Below are positions 1 through 7,096 of a stretch of DNA of 64,000 nt, in pieces (the stretch's first letter is position 1; every line of letters begins with the position of its first letter). The stretch is taken from NCBI GenBank assembly GCA_015064845.1, contig SVRL01000004.1, positions 14,398-78,397 on the forward strand, read 5' to 3'. The translations under genes and the position numbers were made by a program. This DNA comes from Oscillospiraceae bacterium (GTDB lineage: Bacteria > Bacillota > Clostridia > Oscillospirales > CAG-272). The notes below the pieces were generated by a model. The model did no database searches. It was given only the letters and a program-made list of their open reading frames with translations, and was not told the DNA's origin.

Positions 1-40
1 ACCCTTTTAACCTGATATGGATAATACCGGCGCAGGAAGA
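1..40 (+). promoter_or_regulatory. TPP (THI-box) riboswitch, 3' portion only; the 5' part lies outside the window
   Basis: ACCCTTTTAACCTGATATGGATAATACCGGCGCAGGAAG closely matches the conserved 3' half of the THI element (ACCCUUUGAACCUGAUCUGGAUAAUGCCAGCGUAGGGAA). It sits upstream of a thiT-like transporter gene. Confidence 0.8.
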
Positions 41-70
41 TTATGCAAACTCTCTTTTCAAAAAAGTAAG

Positions 71-103
71 GCTTGCCGTATCTCTTCTTGCGGCAAGCTT
101 TTT
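71..103 (+). terminator. Intrinsic terminator, probable expression platform of the TPP riboswitch
   Basis: Stem GCTTGCCG (71-78) pairs with CGGCAAGC (91-98) and is followed by TTTTT. Confidence 0.6.
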
Positions 104-216
104 GTCGTAAGAAAACGATATAAAAACAAACTCACGGTTTTCCGTCTCCGATGGAATAAACATATTGATAGCGAGCAATTTACCGTGGGAAGGACCCACA
201 GAAAAGGAGTTTTATT

Positions 217-1041
217 ATGCAAAACAAACGAGTAAAAAATCTACAGGCATTGACGGAAAGCGCGCTCTTGATTTCTCTTTCCGTTGTACTCAGTTTTTTG
301 AAACTGATCTCCATGCCGTACGGCGGCGCGGTTACGCTCGCTTCACTTTTGCCGATTGCCATCATCTCCTATCGACACGGAACGGGACGCGGCATTTTTG
401 CGGCAACGGTTTACGCGGTCATTCAGCAAATTCTTGACCTTTCTCTGCTCTCCTACGCCACTTCATGGCAAAGCGTGGTTGCCATCATGGTTCTTGACTA
501 TCTCCTCGCTTTTTCCGTTTCGGGAATTGCGGGAATCTTCCGCCGTCCGATTCAAAATCAAACCTTAGCGTTGACTGCGGGTTGTTTTCTCGTTTCCCTT
601 TGTCGATACGCCTGCCACGTCATCAGCGGCGCTACCGTCTGGGCGGGACTTTCCATCCCCACCGAAGCCGCGCTCTCCTTTTCCTTTGCATATAACGCCA
701 CGTATATGATTCCCGAAACCATTGTTTTATTGGCAACAACCATTTACATCGCCTCCAATATCAATTTCAAATCACATCGTCCCACCCGTTTGCAAAACCG
801 CACAACCAATCTCAAACACGGTTGGATTTCTCCGACGGCAGGTTTGATCGGACTGATTGCCGTCATTGCAGATACCGTTATCATTTTTCAAAACATTCAG
901 GATGAAAACGGCAATTTCGTGATCGAAAGTCTTTTGCATGTCAATTGGACACTTGTCATCGCAATCACAGCCGTTGCCATTCTTCTCGTATGTGCCCTTC
1001 TCGCCATCGGAAAAGTTCTTTCCGAACAATCCAAACAGTAA
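217..1041 (+). CDS. thiT: Thiamine transporter, ECF S-component ThiT-like, with an extra C-terminal membrane extension
   Basis: Polytopic membrane protein whose N-terminal ~180 aa have a ThiT-like layout (LTESALLISLSVVLSFL, GGAVTLASLLPIAIISYRHG). It is preceded by the TPP riboswitch and followed by thiamine pyrophosphokinase. RBS AAAAGGAG lies upstream. Confidence 0.75.
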   Translation: MQNKRVKNLQALTESALLISLSVVLSFLKLISMPYGGAVTLASLLPIAIISYRHGTGRGIFAATVYAVIQQILDLSLLSYATSWQSVVAIMVLDYLLAFSVSGIAGIFRRPIQNQTLALTAGCFLVSLCRYACHVISGATVWAGLSIPTEAALSFSFAYNATYMIPETIVLLATTIYIASNINFKSHRPTRLQNRTTNLKHGWISPTAGLIGLIAVIADTVIIFQNIQDENGNFVIESLLHVNWTLVIAITAVAILLVCALLAIGKVLSEQSKQ

Positions 1042-1052
1042 AGGAATTTTTT

Positions 1053-1688
1053 ATGAAAGCCATCGTCATCACACCGTTTCTTCTTTATCCCATCCGTGAG
1101 ATCATCACTCCCGAGGAGGGGGACTTGATTATTTGCGCAGATTCAGCTTATATAAAAGCGAAAGAAGAAAATATCACACCTCATACCGTCATTGGAGATT
1201 TCGATCACGGAATCCAAGAGGAACCGCAAGGAAATTTTCAAAAGCTTCTCCGTTTTTCTTCCGTCAAGGATGATACGGATACCATGCTTTGCATAAAACA
1301 CGCTTTAAACCGAGGCGCCAATGAAATTCAGATTATCGGCGGCATCGGCGGCAGACTGGACCACACCTTTGCCAATCTGCAAGCATTGGCATATATCCAC
1401 GATCGCGGCGCGATGGGAAAAATTTCAGACGGTGATCACGATGTCTTTTTGATTTCCGATTCGCTTTCCCTGCAAAAAGGAAAATTCGATTATGCTTCCA
1501 TTTTCGCTTATGACCCCATTTGCAAGGATATTTCGCTCAAAGGATTCAAATATGAAGGCGAACATTTAGAGCTTCAAAGCAATTTTCCGCTCGGTGTCAG
1601 CAATGAAATCACCGCCGAATACGCCAAAATCCATGTTGGCGAAGGCAGATTGCTCGTCATTCTCGCAAAAAACGAAACGGATTCCTGA
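1053..1688 (+). CDS. thiN: Thiamine pyrophosphokinase
   Basis: Motifs VIGDFDH, VKDDTDT and IGGIGGRLDHTFANL. ATG at 1053 follows AAAGGA. The longer ORF-track start at 945 overlaps thiT and is rejected. Confidence 0.85.
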   Translation: MKAIVITPFLLYPIREIITPEEGDLIICADSAYIKAKEENITPHTVIGDFDHGIQEEPQGNFQKLLRFSSVKDDTDTMLCIKHALNRGANEIQIIGGIGGRLDHTFANLQALAYIHDRGAMGKISDGDHDVFLISDSLSLQKGKFDYASIFAYDPICKDISLKGFKYEGEHLELQSNFPLGVSNEITAEYAKIHVGEGRLLVILAKNETDS

Positions 1689-1737
1689 TTTTCCGTACCA
1701 TAGCAAAAAGCCCTCTTTTTTCAAAGAGAGCTTTTTC

Positions 1738-2202
1738 TTATATGTCCATCGGCGGATGTCCGTTTGAAAACGTCAAATGCGCCGACCATTTTCCGAGTGC
1801 TGCATTGATTTTCGTCCCATCGGAAAGCGTTGTTTCCAAATAATAGCCAAACAGAAATAAACCGTCCTTGTATTCTCCGTTTACATATAAATCCGTACCG
1901 AAAATACCTCTGTAAAAAGTAATGTAATCTCCCGAAATTTCAAAGGTTACAAATTTGGAAGAAATCAAATCCGCAATCAAAAAGATAACGGAAGGCGTCA
2001 GCCCGAAAAAGCCGATGAAAACACCCCACAGAAAATCCGTGTTATATGTAACGGTTTGGTGCTTCACAGGTCCGAATCCGATTTCTTCCACCACCGCGCT
2101 CTGTTCATACAGTGCATAAAATACAACGATAATCACCAGAAAAAACAAAGTCAGAATCGCTTCCGTGATTCGGCGTTTCCGAATCCGTGTTTTCCAATTC
2201 AA
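1738..2202 (-). CDS. Hypothetical two-TM membrane protein, last gene of the immunity-like operon
   Basis: ORF with two hydrophobic helices (ILTLFFLVIIVVFYALY, WGVFIGFFGLTPSVIFLIADLI) and a ~70 aa C-terminal domain. It lies 20 nt downstream of the SUKH gene on the same strand. Confidence 0.55.
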   Translation of the reverse strand: MNWKTRIRKRRITEAILTLFFLVIIVVFYALYEQSAVVEEIGFGPVKHQTVTYNTDFLWGVFIGFFGLTPSVIFLIADLISSKFVTFEISGDYITFYRGIFGTDLYVNGEYKDGLFLFGYYLETTLSDGTKINAALGKWSAHLTFSNGHPPMDI

Positions 2203-2222
2203 TATGTTTCATCAAACGTTCC

Positions 2223-2660
2223 TCAAATTTCGTTCCGATAATATTTACCAATCAAATCGGCAATATTTTCAGCCACTTTCCGAATTTCAAAAAGCTCGTG
2301 TTCCCAGATGTAAATTGCCGAATCGTCCGTCTTGCCGTTCGGAAGAACACGGTAACAGTAATAATCTCCGCAACCGTTCGTGGCAAAGAAAACATAACGG
2401 TCGATTTTCTCACGAAATTCATCCGGTTCCAAATATTCGGGAAAGATCTCCCGATTGGTTTTCACATGTTTTATCATTTCTGCCACGGAAAGCAACAGCC
2501 AACCGTCGCCGTTTGTTTCCCGAAAAAGCGCTTTTAAGTCTTCGGGAAATGGAAAGCCCACATACTCTTCCGCTTTGGCAATTTCATTTTCGGAGCAAGG
2601 TTCCCGTAATTTTGCCCAACGATGGTCTTGAATAAAATTCTCGAGCAATTCCCGATACAT
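2223..2660 (-). CDS. SMI1/KNR4 (SUKH-1) family protein, immunity-protein-like
   Basis: NEIAKAEEYVGFPFPEDLKALFRETNGDG, then YVFFATNGCGDYYCY and IYIWEHE, which is the typical SUKH-1 pattern. The start is placed at MYRELL because AAGGGGG lies 8 nt upstream. Confidence 0.7.
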   Translation of the reverse strand: MYRELLENFIQDHRWAKLREPCSENEIAKAEEYVGFPFPEDLKALFRETNGDGWLLLSVAEMIKHVKTNREIFPEYLEPDEFREKIDRYVFFATNGCGDYYCYRVLPNGKTDDSAIYIWEHELFEIRKVAENIADLIGKYYRNEI

Positions 2661-2709
2661 GATACAGCCCCCTTCAACATTCAATCATCTTTCGACCTTA
2701 TGACACAAA

Positions 2710-3222
2710 TTAAAATTTATCATCGTAATATCCCGCAATACCGACACCGACGGTTGCAAAATAATTCGCCCGCTTACTTTCGTATTCGATTTCATCCGAT
2801 GTCATGGGATTGCCGAAAGCGGCAGCTTCTTCGATCATCTCCGAAATCTCTTGCGGTACTGCTTCCCGATAAAGACCGATACTGATGTCAGCAAACTGAT
2901 AACAATGTCCGTTTTCCATATCGCAAATTTTTCCGTTATTTTTGGTTTTTAATATCTCAATCAACTCCTCTGCCATGATATCAAATACGGAAACACCGTA
3001 AATCCTCGGCTGATATACGCCATCCGCACCACCCAAAAATTCAATAAATTCCACTTTATTTTCATTGTAATCAATCGCCACTTCGCCGTTGCAGTAATAA
3101 TATCGGTTTCCGATTTTCCGTCCCGGTCCGATTAAAACTTCGACTTCGGATTGCGTCATTCCAAAACAAATGGCAATACCGTTTATTACGACTTTTTCCA
3201 ACGGATATATTTCTGTTTTCAT
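2710..3222 (-). CDS. Hypothetical cytoplasmic protein, possibly an immunity-type protein
   Basis: Clean ORF with AAGGAGA upstream of the GTG/ATG start. It has no TM segment or signal peptide and is in an operon with the SUKH gene. I do not recognise the family. Confidence 0.55.
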   Translation of the reverse strand: MKTEIYPLEKVVINGIAICFGMTQSEVEVLIGPGRKIGNRYYYCNGEVAIDYNENKVEFIEFLGGADGVYQPRIYGVSVFDIMAEELIEILKTKNNGKICDMENGHCYQFADISIGLYREAVPQEISEMIEEAAAFGNPMTSDEIEYESKRANYFATVGVGIAGYYDDKF

Positions 3223-3233
3223 CACTTTTCTCC

Positions 3234-3413
3234 TTATGAATCCTTTTGGTTTTTCTTATCGGGCAAAAATGTCATAACACAGCCCGCAATACCGGAAAGG
3301 GAAAAAATCAAAGACCAATCGAAATCCAAATCAAAAACCGAGCTGTCTCCGCATACAATCATTAAAAGAATGCTGACTAAAATCAAAGATATTCCCTGCA
3401 ACTGTTTTCTCAT
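3234..3413 (-). CDS. Small (59 aa) membrane protein, below the ORF-track length cutoff
   Basis: Hand translation gives MRKQLQGISLILVSILLMIVCGDSSVFDLDFDWSLIFSLSGIAGCVMTFLPDKKNQKDS. GAGAGGG lies 6 nt upstream of the ATG, and the stop is 11 nt before the next gene. Confidence 0.45.
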   Translation of the reverse strand: MRKQLQGISLILVSILLMIVCGDSSVFDLDFDWSLIFSLSGIAGCVMTFLPDKKNQKDS

Positions 3414-3490
3414 ATCTTGCCCTCTCTTTTTGAAATAAAGTTATTTGTTCAGATTATATCATAAATTGAATAAAATGTAAATAACCAAAC

Positions 3491-3534
3491 AATAAAATCC
3501 CTGCGTCATGCTAAAATTCGGCAAAACGCAGGGA
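3491..3534 (-). terminator. Intrinsic terminator downstream of the serpin gene
   Basis: A 9-bp stem, TCCCTGCGT (3498-3506) with ACGCAGGGA (3526-3534), has a T-tract on the minus strand. Confidence 0.6.
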
Positions 3535-3547
3535 CAATGTATATTTT

Positions 3548-4984
3548 TTATAATTGATTGACCACACCGACGAACATAACCGAACCGTCCTCGCCTTTAA
3601 TCACAAAGATATACGGTCTGTCAACCACAAAATCAATTTCTTCATAAGTAGGTTTTATACCATCCATAGACTCCAGCATAATCACGGAATAGGACATACC
3701 CGTTACACCGTCTTCATCAATGGAAACGCGCGTACCGTGCTGCAACTCATCGACTACAACGCCCTTTCCTGTGCTCGCCTCCAACAAATGAGAAAAATCG
3801 GAATTTTCATAAGAAAAACAATCGGTCAACCCAAGATTTTTCAGATTTTCAACCAAATCCGTATCAAAAGAAACGTCAAACTTCGGAACGGAAAGATTGA
3901 CCTTCATTTTTTTACCGTTTTCATAAGTTCCGGTAGAACCAATGAAACGCCAAACATCTTCATCCTGCAAAAGCATTTCGGCCGTAACGTTTTCATCGGG
4001 CAAAATCCAGTACATACAGCCGCTTCTCTCTAAAGCTTTCACTGTTGCGGAAAAGTTTTCACCCCACCAATAATATACATTCGAGGTTGTGTTCATAAAA
4101 TCTACGGTAACATCCTTGTTTGCGCCGTGAAAAACTCCTTTTTTCGTTTTTGTTTCAGAAAACTCATCATACCATTTCGCACGAAAATAAACGGTTGTCG
4201 CAAGTCCGAGAACCGTCCTCGGATCGAAAGCAATATCATCAATCTGATCTTTCAACTGTCCGCCCGTTTGTTCGTTCAGCCATTCACGCAGAGCAAGATT
4301 CAGCTCCTCGGAGCCCATTTCTCCGCTAAAAGAAGAAGCATAATAAAATTCTGCTAAAATATCCAGTATTTCCTTTTGGTAAGCAATATCGTTATCCAAC
4401 CAAAGAGAGCTTGCTAAAATGCTCGTAACCGCACCGTCATCGTTATAATTGGCATTCCAAATACCATGCGCTTGCGTTCTCAACGCTTCAATACTTTCCG
4501 CGCCGAGCAAATTCAAAATTTGTGCGCGGGTATTGCCGTCCGAAATTTCCGCAAGCATGGCAAGCGCCATATAAAGGCTCATCGGAGAATATACGCGGTT
4601 TTCCGTTCCGTCTCCCGAAAGAATTTCGGAAGCGGTCGCACGGACAAAAGATTCCAAGCCCTTGCTTGAACCGAAATAAGCATGCTGTTTCGCTTGATCC
4701 TCATCCCAAGCTTTCCAATTCAAATCATGAGAATTCCAGCGAGTGCCGGCAGGATATTTGCTCATTTCCGGATACTGTGCAACAGAAATTGCGTGGACGG
4801 ATAAATCAACAGGACTTTGATTTCCGAAAAATATCCCCAACCCAATCGCACAAACCAAAATGGCGGCAACAGCTGCTGTGATTTTTATTTTGATTTTCCG
4901 TTTCTTTTTCATCGGTTTTTCGCTCCTTTTCAAAAGATCGGCATCGATCATACCGATCGCATTTTGCAAACGTTCGGATTTCAT
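3548..4984 (-). CDS. Membrane-anchored serpin-domain protein in the anti-sigma-factor position
   Basis: The N-terminus is MKSERLQNAIGMIDADLLKRSEK, then a Lys-rich stretch, then one TM helix (ITAAVAAILVCAIGLGIFF). The rest is a serpin core (SPMSLYMALAMLAEISDGNTRAQILNLLG, hinge/RCL DEDGVTGMSYSVIMLESMDG, DRPYIFVIK). Its start overlaps the sigma gene stop (ATGA). Confidence 0.8.
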   Translation of the reverse strand: MKSERLQNAIGMIDADLLKRSEKPMKKKRKIKIKITAAVAAILVCAIGLGIFFGNQSPVDLSVHAISVAQYPEMSKYPAGTRWNSHDLNWKAWDEDQAKQHAYFGSSKGLESFVRATASEILSGDGTENRVYSPMSLYMALAMLAEISDGNTRAQILNLLGAESIEALRTQAHGIWNANYNDDGAVTSILASSLWLDNDIAYQKEILDILAEFYYASSFSGEMGSEELNLALREWLNEQTGGQLKDQIDDIAFDPRTVLGLATTVYFRAKWYDEFSETKTKKGVFHGANKDVTVDFMNTTSNVYYWWGENFSATVKALERSGCMYWILPDENVTAEMLLQDEDVWRFIGSTGTYENGKKMKVNLSVPKFDVSFDTDLVENLKNLGLTDCFSYENSDFSHLLEASTGKGVVVDELQHGTRVSIDEDGVTGMSYSVIMLESMDGIKPTYEEIDFVVDRPYIFVIKGEDGSVMFVGVVNQL

Positions 4985-5541
4985 ATCAAAAATCCCTCAC
5001 TTTCTAAATATAAACGTAATTTTTCTCTTGTACGTTTCAGCATCATTTTCACTTTGCTTTCGCCGAAACCGTAAAGCTTCGCAATTTCGGCAACGGAACG
5101 GAAATGCCAATATCGGTGAATGAAAACAGAAGCTTCCGTTTCTGGCAAGGTGCGTAAAAAATCGGAAATTGCTCCCGCAAGCATTTTTTCTTCCATTTCT
5201 TCATCCAGACTTTTTCCGTTTGAAATACATTCTTCCAATTCATGCAAAGAAAGCGCCGTTTCTCCGCTTCCCCGTTTTTCGGCATAGTATTTACGAAATC
5301 GGTCAAGCGAGATTCTGCGTGTAATTGTCCCCAAAAATGTGGAAAACGGCTTGGGCTTTATCGGTGGAATCATATTCCATACATCCAGATACGTATCGTT
5401 TTCACATTCTTCCGCATCTTGTTCGTTCCGAAGAATGCGATATGCAACGGAATAACAATATCTTCCGTATTTTTTCTTGGTCTCCGAAATTGCTTTTTCT
5501 TGGCGCGCCCAGTATAATGCGATGATTTTTTCATCATCCAT
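4981..5541 (-). CDS. RNA polymerase sigma-70 family factor, ECF-type
   Basis: Region 2 (DAEECENDTYLDVW) and region 4 HTH (SVAEIAKLYGFGESKVKMMLKRTREKL) are present. The start is placed at MDDEKII because GGAGGTG lies 7 nt upstream. Confidence 0.85.
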   Translation of the reverse strand: MDDEKIIALYWARQEKAISETKKKYGRYCYSVAYRILRNEQDAEECENDTYLDVWNMIPPIKPKPFSTFLGTITRRISLDRFRKYYAEKRGSGETALSLHELEECISNGKSLDEEMEEKMLAGAISDFLRTLPETEASVFIHRYWHFRSVAEIAKLYGFGESKVKMMLKRTREKLRLYLESEGFLI

Positions 5542-5640
5542 GCCAATCACCTCCAAAAGCTTTGAAGCGCTTCATCTATATAATCGTAAAAAATCTCCTA
5601 AGGTCACATACTTTTATAAAATTCTGCCAATTTTTTCTAT

Positions 5641-5674
5641 AAATTAAAACAGCACCCGAAAGCACGGATGCTGT
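5641..5674 (-). terminator. Probable terminator after the small Zn-ribbon membrane protein gene
   Basis: Hairpin ACAGCA..TGCTGT (5649-5674) is followed by a T-rich run on the minus strand. Confidence 0.45.
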
Positions 5675-5685
5675 AATATCATTTA

Positions 5686-5931
5686 TTATACCGCTTTTTC
5701 ATCCTTAGACAACATACGGTCTTTACAACCGCAGTGCGGACATTTTACAAGCTTACTCTCATCACCAAAATTGATCAGAGAATTCAATGAAAAATTCGGA
5801 GAAAACCTTTTTTCGCATTTTACACAAACATACTCCTTGTTTTTAACATGAAGCATTTCTTTGATACTGATTCCAACAACAATGAAAAACGCGATAATAC
5901 CGATTGATAAAGCAATCCAAAGTCCCAACAT
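5686..5931 (-). CDS. Small membrane protein with a C-terminal CxxC...CxxC zinc ribbon
   Basis: MLGLWIALSIGIIAFFIVVGISI is a TM helix, followed by CVKCEKRF...CPHCGC. GGGAGGT precedes the ATG at 5931. Confidence 0.6.
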   Translation of the reverse strand: MLGLWIALSIGIIAFFIVVGISIKEMLHVKNKEYVCVKCEKRFSPNFSLNSLINFGDESKLVKCPHCGCKDRMLSKDEKAV

Positions 5932-6026
5932 ATCGTTTACCTCCCATATGGAATCTTTCAATTATAGTATATCATAAAAAAGATAAGAAGTAAATACTGT
6001 TGTTCCGTTTTTATGCAAAAATAACG

Positions 6027-6791
6027 TTATCTTTTTTTATACAGAACCAATTCCGGATTTTCGCCGTTTTCTTCATATGTGCAAACAAGCAAAAAATCCA
6101 TATTCGCAACGATGCCAAAGCATCTTTCACCGCCGAATTCACATTCGAGCTGACATCCGAGATACGTTGCATGATCGTCTAAAAATTTTACGGTTTTCCC
6201 ATTGGGAAGCTTATATTCCAAATTTACATAGCTTCCAATCAAGGCATTCAGACTTTCCACTTTGGGCATACCTTCAATTTGCAGAGCATTCAACTCATCC
6301 ATCAACTGATTTTTGAAAGCGTCAAACTGTTCTTCGCCGCCAATTTCAGCATATTTTTTCCAATAATTCAGTTTTGGCAACATTTCTTTCATATATTCCC
6401 TTACCTGTTCGGAAGAAAATTTTTCGTTCGCCATATGTTCCGCACAAAAATTGATCAGATCATCCATATTGTCATAAGTATATTCCCCTTCGGAATAACA
6501 CCATTTACAATATTCCTCATTAAAAATGCCGTCTTTCTCTTTGCTGATATCGGAATCTTTAAGGGGCATACCGCAACACTGACAGATCAACTGCTGCGGA
6601 GAACCCAGAAGTGTATTGATGGAAACGTCAAAAAATTTAGAAAGTAATTTCAAAGATTCCGTATTCGGAACGGTTTCACCGTTTTCCCATCTGGATACCG
6701 CTTGTCTGGTAACGTAAATTTTTTCCGCAAGTTCATCCTGCGATAATCCTCTTTTCGTTCGAAGTTCCAATATAATATCTTTTGTTGACAT
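6027..6791 (-). CDS. XRE-family HTH transcriptional regulator fused to a zinc-ribbon domain and a C-terminal domain
   Basis: LRTKRGLSQDELAEKIYVTRQAVSRWENGETVP is an HTH_3-type motif, followed by CQCCGMPL...YCKWCY (Zn ribbon). The start is taken at MSTKD. Confidence 0.8.
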   Translation of the reverse strand: MSTKDIILELRTKRGLSQDELAEKIYVTRQAVSRWENGETVPNTESLKLLSKFFDVSINTLLGSPQQLICQCCGMPLKDSDISKEKDGIFNEEYCKWCYSEGEYTYDNMDDLINFCAEHMANEKFSSEQVREYMKEMLPKLNYWKKYAEIGGEEQFDAFKNQLMDELNALQIEGMPKVESLNALIGSYVNLEYKLPNGKTVKFLDDHATYLGCQLECEFGGERCFGIVANMDFLLVCTYEENGENPELVLYKKR

Positions 6792-6854
6792 AAAAATCAC
6801 CGCCTTCCATAGACAGTATATCATAGTCTTATCAAAACCGCAAGCAACCTGCTG

Positions 6855-6892
6855 TTGCTTTCCACAGACTTTATTTTCCTATAGTATAAAAA
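6855..6892. repeat. Short, degenerate copy of the intergenic repeat, ending in TTTCCTATAGTATAAAAA
   Basis: It shares GTTGCT...TTTCCTATAGTATAAAAA with the full copy at 6912-6997 and is followed by hairpin GTGGGC/GCCCAC (6893-6907). Confidence 0.5.
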
Positions 6893-6911
6893 GTGGGCAA
6901 CGCCCACTGGA

Positions 6912-6997
6912 GGTTGCTCGCCTATCGCTGTTTTCTTGTATCCAAACAATGCAAACGGCGAGGTCGATTTTGCGCAATTTCCTATAGTATAAAAAAA
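6912..6997. repeat. Intergenic repeat, copy A (~86 nt); candidate sRNA or REP/MITE-like element
   Basis: GGTTGCTCGCCTATC...AAACAATGCAAACGGCGAGGT...TTGCGCAATTTCCTATAGTATAAAAAA recurs at 57289-57374. It has an internal CTCGCC/GGCGAG stem and is followed by hairpin CTCCG/CGGAG (6998-7016). Confidence 0.6.
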
Positions 6998-7026
6998 CTC
7001 CGAAAATCGGAGTTTTTGAAAATTTG

Positions 7027-7058
7027 ACCCCTGAATTTTGTTAGATTCAGGGGTTTTT
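7027..7058. terminator. Bidirectional terminator-like hairpin downstream of the 7097-7618 gene
   Basis: A 10-bp stem, ACCCCTGAAT with ATTCAGGGGT, is followed by TTTT on the plus strand. Confidence 0.55.
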
Positions 7059-7096
7059 CGTACCATACAATAGGAAATCACTCAAAATGTTTGAAC

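Noticed and set aside
945-1052. N-terminal extensions given by the ORF track. Examples are thiN from 945, the HlyD-like gene from 36132, queA from 32702, murE from 50767, the sigma factor from 5556 and prfB from 18555.
   Set aside because: The extensions overlap upstream genes or lack SD sequences. Internal starts have good SD spacing and match the expected N-termini of the families.
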